Source of the DNA: Candidatus Cloacimonadota bacterium
GTDB lineage: Bacteria > Cloacimonadota > Cloacimonadia > G963667145
Direction: 5' to 3'
Length of the DNA stretch: 64,000 nucleotides
Assembly (NCBI GenBank): GCA_963667255.1
Contig: OY762940.1
Coordinates: 1,472,001-1,536,000 of the forward strand
Shown: piece by piece, positions 59,426 through 64,000 of the stretch
How positions within the stretch are numbered: the first letter of the stretch is position 1
Layout of the letters: every line of letters begins with the position of its first letter
The notes under the pieces: model-generated
Seen by the model: only the letters and a program-made list of their open reading frames with translations
What the model was told of the DNA's origin: nothing
Databases searched by the model: none
Made by a program: the position numbers and the translations under genes

Positions 59426-60124
59426 ATGGAAATTTTACAAAATTTACTGGAACACTCTCAATTTCCGATAGTTACAGCTTTCATTTTGGGGTTGATGACC
59501 GCCATCAGTCCTTGTCCTTTGGCGACAAATATCACCGCTATCGGCTTTATCAGTAAGGAAATCTCCAGTCGCAAAAAAGTTTTCCTCTGTGGTCTTGTTT
59601 ACACTCTCGGCAGAGCGATAACTTACACTGGCATCGGCTTGATTTTCTTTTTTGGAGCAAATCAATTTGAGTTTGCAAGTTTCCTACAAAAATGGGGCGA
59701 AAAAATTTTAGGTCCATTGCTGATAATCATCGGCTTATTTATGCTCGGAGTTATCAAAATCAACTTTTTGGGAACAAACTCCTTGGCGGAAAAAATAAGC
59801 AAAAATACGGGAAATAGCTTTTGGAAAGCACTTTTGTTGGGATTTTTTTTCGCTTTGGCTTTTTGTCCATATAGCGGAGTTTTGTATTTCGGAATGCTCA
59901 TTCCTATGAGTGTTGCCAGTCCCAGCGGACTTTTTTTGCCTGCAATTTTTGCCCTTGCCACAGGTTTGCCAGTCATCTTTTTCGCTTGGCTGATTGCTTT
60001 CGGACTTTGGTCAATCGGCAAAATATACGATAAAATAAAAAAATTTGAATTGTGGTTTCGCCGTGTAATCGCCTGTCTCTTCATTGCCGTTGGGATTTAC
60101 TACATCATCACAATTTACCTTTAA
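59426..60124 (+). CDS. ArsG-like / DsbD-like membrane protein
   Basis: AISPCPLATNI, YTLGR and LAFCPYSG motifs; multi-TM. Confidence 0.8.
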   Translation: MEILQNLLEHSQFPIVTAFILGLMTAISPCPLATNITAIGFISKEISSRKKVFLCGLVYTLGRAITYTGIGLIFFFGANQFEFASFLQKWGEKILGPLLIIIGLFMLGVIKINFLGTNSLAEKISKNTGNSFWKALLLGFFFALAFCPYSGVLYFGMLIPMSVASPSGLFLPAIFALATGLPVIFFAWLIAFGLWSIGKIYDKIKKFELWFRRVIACLFIAVGIYYIITIYL

Positions 60125-60140
60125 TCAATAGGATACGATA

Positions 60141-61184
60141 ATGAAACACAAAATTTGCGAATTTAACCAAAAAATGAACGGCTGTCTTTTCCCCATAATT
60201 TTATTGCCGATTTGGATTTTTCTCTATCATCATCTACAAACTTTCGCCGACTTCATCATCAACGACATTTTCCAAATGAGCACAGGCAAGCACCTGACCG
60301 AAACTTTGCGGTTTTTCATCTTTGAAGTGCCGAAAGTCCTGATGCTCCTCGTGTTAATAATCTGGGGAGTTGGCATCATCAGAACCTATTTTACCCCCGA
60401 ACGAACAAGAAAAATCTTGCAAGGGAAATCGCTATTTACAGGCAATATTCTCTCCGCCTTGCTCGGCATCGTTACCCCGTTTTGCTCCTGCTCTGCCATC
60501 CCTCTGTTCCTCGGATTTGTGGAAGCCGGAGTCCCCTTGGGAGTCACTTTCTCATTTCTGGTCGCCGCTCCAATGATTAACGAGGTCGCTTTGGTAATGC
60601 TAATCGGACTTTTCGGCTGGAAAGTCGCTCTAATCTATGTCGGCACAGGGCTATCAATCGCCATCACTTCGGGCTGGATAATCGGCAAATTGGGCTTGGA
60701 AAAATTCGTTGCCGAATGGGCTTACACCATCAAAGCCAACCTCGAGGGCGAAGTTGAAGAGAAAATAAGTTTCGCCCAAAGAATAAACTCTGGCTACCAA
60801 GCAGTCAGCGAAATCGTGGGCAAAATCTGGATTTACATCGTTATCGGTATCGCTGTGGGAGCGGGAGCTCACGGCTATGTTCCCGAAGATTTTTTGGGAC
60901 AAGTTCTCGGGAAAAACAACTGGTTCGGAGTTCCTTTGGCTATCGTTTTGGGAGTTCCCATGTATTCCAATGCGGCAGGCATCATTCCCATCGTGAGTGT
61001 CCTCATCGAAAAAGGTGTCTCGCTCGGCACGGCTCTGGCATTCATGATGTCGGTCATCGCTTTGTCTTTGCCGGAAATCATCATCTTGAAAAAAGTGCTA
61101 AAATGGCAATTGATAAGCATCTTCGTGGGAATTGTATCCGCGGGAATTGTAGCAGTTGGGTTTATTTTTAATTATGTGATGTGA
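60141..61184 (+). CDS. arsP: ArsP-family (DUF318) permease
   Basis: TPFCSCSAIP, APMINE, GVPMYSN and ALSLPE motifs. Confidence 0.85.
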   Translation: MKHKICEFNQKMNGCLFPIILLPIWIFLYHHLQTFADFIINDIFQMSTGKHLTETLRFFIFEVPKVLMLLVLIIWGVGIIRTYFTPERTRKILQGKSLFTGNILSALLGIVTPFCSCSAIPLFLGFVEAGVPLGVTFSFLVAAPMINEVALVMLIGLFGWKVALIYVGTGLSIAITSGWIIGKLGLEKFVAEWAYTIKANLEGEVEEKISFAQRINSGYQAVSEIVGKIWIYIVIGIAVGAGAHGYVPEDFLGQVLGKNNWFGVPLAIVLGVPMYSNAAGIIPIVSVLIEKGVSLGTALAFMMSVIALSLPEIIILKKVLKWQLISIFVGIVSAGIVAVGFIFNYVM

Positions 61185-61306
61185 TTCAGCAGAAAAACTA
61201 CTTGTCAAAAAAAATAGCTTCAATATTATGCTTGTAAAATAAGAGAATATTAAAAAAATTCTTAATTAATCTAGTAGTTTAAAATTTCAATTTAAGATCT
61301 AAATTT

Positions 61307-61780
61307 ATGGTAAAAAATATGAATAAAAAGAATCAAACTGATTTATTAGAAGGTTATAAATTTTTATCACGAAATCATAGAACATTACACAATCAAAGAC
61401 GAAAATATGAATGGAAAGTTGTATTTACAATTTTAACATTATTTGTTTTGACTGTTTCCGCCTTTTATACAAATAATTTTAAAATTTCAAATGACCATAA
61501 ATATTTTGTATTTGTATTGGTACTTCTTAGTTTTGTAAGTCTAATAATTATTTCATATAAATTTTTAAAACTATTACATAAAGCAAATGCAAAAAACAAG
61601 CAAATAGCCGAATATTCAGAGGATAATCTTAACAAACTAATTAATAAAAAAGAATTAATATTTGAAAATTTTCAAAACATGCACCCAAATTTTGATTCTT
61701 GGGCATTTCGTTGGCAAATTTTAACAATTATTCTTTTCGCATTAATTGCTATAGGTTTAATATTTTTAAAAGTATGGTAA
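61307..61780 (+). CDS. AT-rich orphan 3-TM membrane protein
   Basis: 157-aa ORF with three hydrophobic segments and low GC; preceded by TTGTCA-N16-TATTAT. Confidence 0.7.
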   Translation: MVKNMNKKNQTDLLEGYKFLSRNHRTLHNQRRKYEWKVVFTILTLFVLTVSAFYTNNFKISNDHKYFVFVLVLLSFVSLIIISYKFLKLLHKANAKNKQIAEYSEDNLNKLINKKELIFENFQNMHPNFDSWAFRWQILTIILFALIAIGLIFLKVW

Positions 61781-62077
61781 TTAAAATTTAAGTACTTATA
61801 TTTTAAAACAATTTGATAAATAACTACTCCCCATCTCATAATGTTCATATTCTCATCATTATAGCCAATAATCAGTCTAAAGAAAAAATCAAACTCCATT
61901 GAAATTATCGCCTTTAAATTCCTTTTCAACCACACAATGTAAATCACTTTCTAAAAAACTACTTGCCAAGATTTTCTATAAGAACAACATTGGATTATCG
62001 GGGGGTCTGTATATTTTATCTGTAAAAAATTTGCTTGTCGCTTTACTATGTAAATAACTCAATAACAAGGAGATGTT

Positions 62078-62497
62078 ATGAAAATAAGTGCAAGAAATTT
62101 GTTGAAAGGCAAAATCGCCTCAATCGAAAAAGGTGCCGTTAACTCCGAAGTTGTTTTGGAATTAGACGGCGGAACCCCCATCACAACTATCATCACCAAT
62201 AAATCCGTGGACAATTTGGCGATTTCCGTTGGCTCTCCAGCTATGGCTATCATCAAGGCCACTCATGTCATCATCGGCACAGGCGATGCCAAACTAAGTG
62301 CTAGAAATATTTTAGCTGGAAAGGTTGCCGGCATAGAAGTTGGAGCTGTTAATACGGAAGTGAGTGTTGAAATTGGCGGAGGAAATGTGATTACCGCTAT
62401 GATTACCAAAAAATCTGCCGAAAATTTGGGATTGGCAAAAGGAAGCCCGGCCAAAGCTATTGTGAAAGCTTCCTCAATTATTTTGGCAGTTGACTAA
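62078..62497 (+). CDS. Di-TOBE molybdate/tungstate-binding protein (ModG/Mop-like)
   Basis: Two SARN.L.G.....GAVN.EV...IT..S...L......A.IKA repeats. Confidence 0.92.
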   Translation: MKISARNLLKGKIASIEKGAVNSEVVLELDGGTPITTIITNKSVDNLAISVGSPAMAIIKATHVIIGTGDAKLSARNILAGKVAGIEVGAVNTEVSVEIGGGNVITAMITKKSAENLGLAKGSPAKAIVKASSIILAVD

Positions 62498-62515
62498 TTT
62501 ACAAGAAAAGTTACT

Positions 62516-62549
62516 CAAAAGACAGGCTGAAAAAGTCTGTCTTTTGTTT
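62516..62549 (+). terminator. Intrinsic terminator after the TOBE gene
   Basis: CAAAAGACAGGCT-GAAAA-AGTCTGTCTTTTG-TTT. Confidence 0.75.
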
Positions 62550-62560
62550 ATGTATTCAAA

Positions 62561-63427
62561 ATGAACTCTAAAATAAAAGCTCTCGTCAATACCCTTTTAT
62601 GTGTTATATTGTGGGCACTTCTTCCTGTTGTTTCCAAATTGGGACAAACAAATCTCGATAACCATCAATTCCTTTTTTGGTCGAGCTTGGTTTCGTTCTT
62701 GATTTTTTTCGGAATAATATTGCCTCAGAAAAAAATAGAAACAATCGCAAAATTTTCCGTAAAAGACTGGGCTAATTCCATATTTTTAGGTTTCCTCGGT
62801 TCTTATTTGTATTACATATTACTCTATTTCGGATATGCAAACGCTCAAGGAATTGAAGTTTTGATAATTCAATTTTGTTGGCCTATTTTCGTGATTTTCC
62901 TTTCAATTTTCATTTTAAGAGAAAAAATAAATTCAAGAAAAGTGATGTCGGTTATTATAGGATTTTTTGGTGTCTTTTTGGTTTTGAGCAAAGGCAACTT
63001 TGGAAATGTCCATCTTGAAAATTTATTCGTTGATGGCATAGTTTTATTTGCTGCATTTGTCTTCGGACTTTTTTCCGTTTTGAGCAAAAGAGTTAAAACC
63101 GATTCTCTGTCGCTTGTGACAATCTATTTTTTGTCGGCAACGATATTTTCTTTTTTTCCAATGATTCTGTTTTCAGACTTTAAGTTGCCAACCAGAGAGA
63201 CAATTATGTCCATTCTACTCAACGGTGCTTTAGTAAACGGAATTTCGTATATTTTTTGGATAGAAGCATTGAAAAACGGGAAAGCATCTTTTATTGCCCC
63301 TTTTTTCTTTCTGACTCCTGTAATTTCCACAATACTACTAATCTTGCTTTTCAAAGAACCTTTCCATTTAATTTACCTGTTTGGAATGAGTTCAGTGATT
63401 TTAGGGGGTCTATTAAACAAAGAATGA
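62561..63427 (+). CDS. DMT/EamA-family transporter
   Basis: About 10 TM segments in two EamA repeats (WPIF..FL....LREK; ALK......IA...LTP). Confidence 0.88.
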   Translation: MNSKIKALVNTLLCVILWALLPVVSKLGQTNLDNHQFLFWSSLVSFLIFFGIILPQKKIETIAKFSVKDWANSIFLGFLGSYLYYILLYFGYANAQGIEVLIIQFCWPIFVIFLSIFILREKINSRKVMSVIIGFFGVFLVLSKGNFGNVHLENLFVDGIVLFAAFVFGLFSVLSKRVKTDSLSLVTIYFLSATIFSFFPMILFSDFKLPTRETIMSILLNGALVNGISYIFWIEALKNGKASFIAPFFFLTPVISTILLILLFKEPFHLIYLFGMSSVILGGLLNKE

Positions 63428-63516
63428 ACTTCATATTGTAAAATAAACCAAATAAATAAAAAGGACAATAAAATGCAATAACAACATTGCATACTGGTAA
63501 AAACAACATTAATACT

Positions 63517-64000
63517 ATGAAAAATCCCCAAACCTACATTCTCACCGGAAATTTCAACTCTGGCAAAACGAGTTTCCTAATAAAATTAATCGAAGTTTTA
63601 AAAGAGAAGAAAATAAAAATCAATGGAATTTATTGCCCAAAAGTTTTTGAGAACAAAAATTTTCTCGGCTTTGATGTTGTTGATATTCAGACAAATAAGA
63701 GCGAGCCCTTCCTCCGCACTTACACCAACGGAACAACAGACAAAATCGGAAATTTCTATATTTACCAGCAAGGACTAAAATTTGGACTTGAATGCCTAAA
63801 GATTGCCAACGAAACAAAAAATCAAATTGTCGTTATCGATGAAATCGGCAGACTTGAGAATTGGGGAAAAGGCTGGGCAAGTGAATTGCAAAATATGCTA
63901 AACCCCCAAAACAAACATCTTATTTTGGTAATCAACGAAGAGTATCTTGAAGAAGTAATTGACAAATGGAAATTTAAAAATACAAAAATTATCAAAATTT
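63517..64000 (+). CDS. Nucleoside-triphosphatase (NTPase_1/THEP1-like), truncated at window end
   Basis: Translated by hand: YILTGNFNSGKTS Walker A, GFDVVD, VIDEIGRLE..GKGW. Confidence 0.82.
   Translation, partial: MKNPQTYILTGNFNSGKTSFLIKLIEVLKEKKIKINGIYCPKVFENKNFLGFDVVDIQTNKSEPFLRTYTNGTTDKIGNFYIYQQGLKFGLECLKIANETKNQIVVIDEIGRLENWGKGWASELQNMLNPQNKHLILVINEEYLEEVIDKWKFKNTKIIKI

Noticed and set aside
61990..62075. Moco riboswitch or ModE box upstream of the TOBE gene
   Set aside because: The leader is short, AT-rich and unstructured, and matches the ModE TATAT-N7-TAYAT pattern only partially.

Overview
An AT-rich (roughly 35-42% GC by eye) chromosomal segment from a Gram-negative, probably anaerobic bacterium. 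The gene content (BamA, MoxR-Bat cluster, HTH-PTS IIA fusion, butyrate kinase, PPDK) is compatible with Cloacimonadota, but that is an inference. Most of the window is housekeeping: acn-cysteine desulfidase-icd-ftcD, ppdK, moxR/DUF58/batABCD-rimO, tRNA-Lys and tRNA-Glu, yfhO, yggS, a two-subunit fumarase, an NSS transporter, bamA, pdxJ, thrA, tgt, cdd, pgsA, deoB, trmB, a complete ilvN-ilvC-leuA-cimA-leuCD-leuB-ilvD-ilvB operon, buk, an arsR/ArsEFG/ArsP-like cluster and a di-TOBE gene. Mobile or accessory DNA: the end of an IS256-like element, a complete IS3-family element (3-bp target duplication), two families of REP-like palindromes and three AT-rich orphan genes. The best candidate for a new system is at 8.2-8.4 kb. 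There a (GGTCAGTC)8 microsatellite lies inside a small, probably leaderless ORF upstream of an intrinsic terminator, and only one repeat phase in three lets the ribosome translate through the terminator. This suggests a phase-variable attenuator controlling a lipoprotein gene. Other notable points: a type II IDH with NAD-type cofactor residues, a ThrA with a degenerate kinase domain, an Ile/Leu/Val leader peptide, orphan genes flanked by duplicated terminator or promoter sequence, and a recurring TTGnCA-N16-18-nAnnTTG promoter motif.
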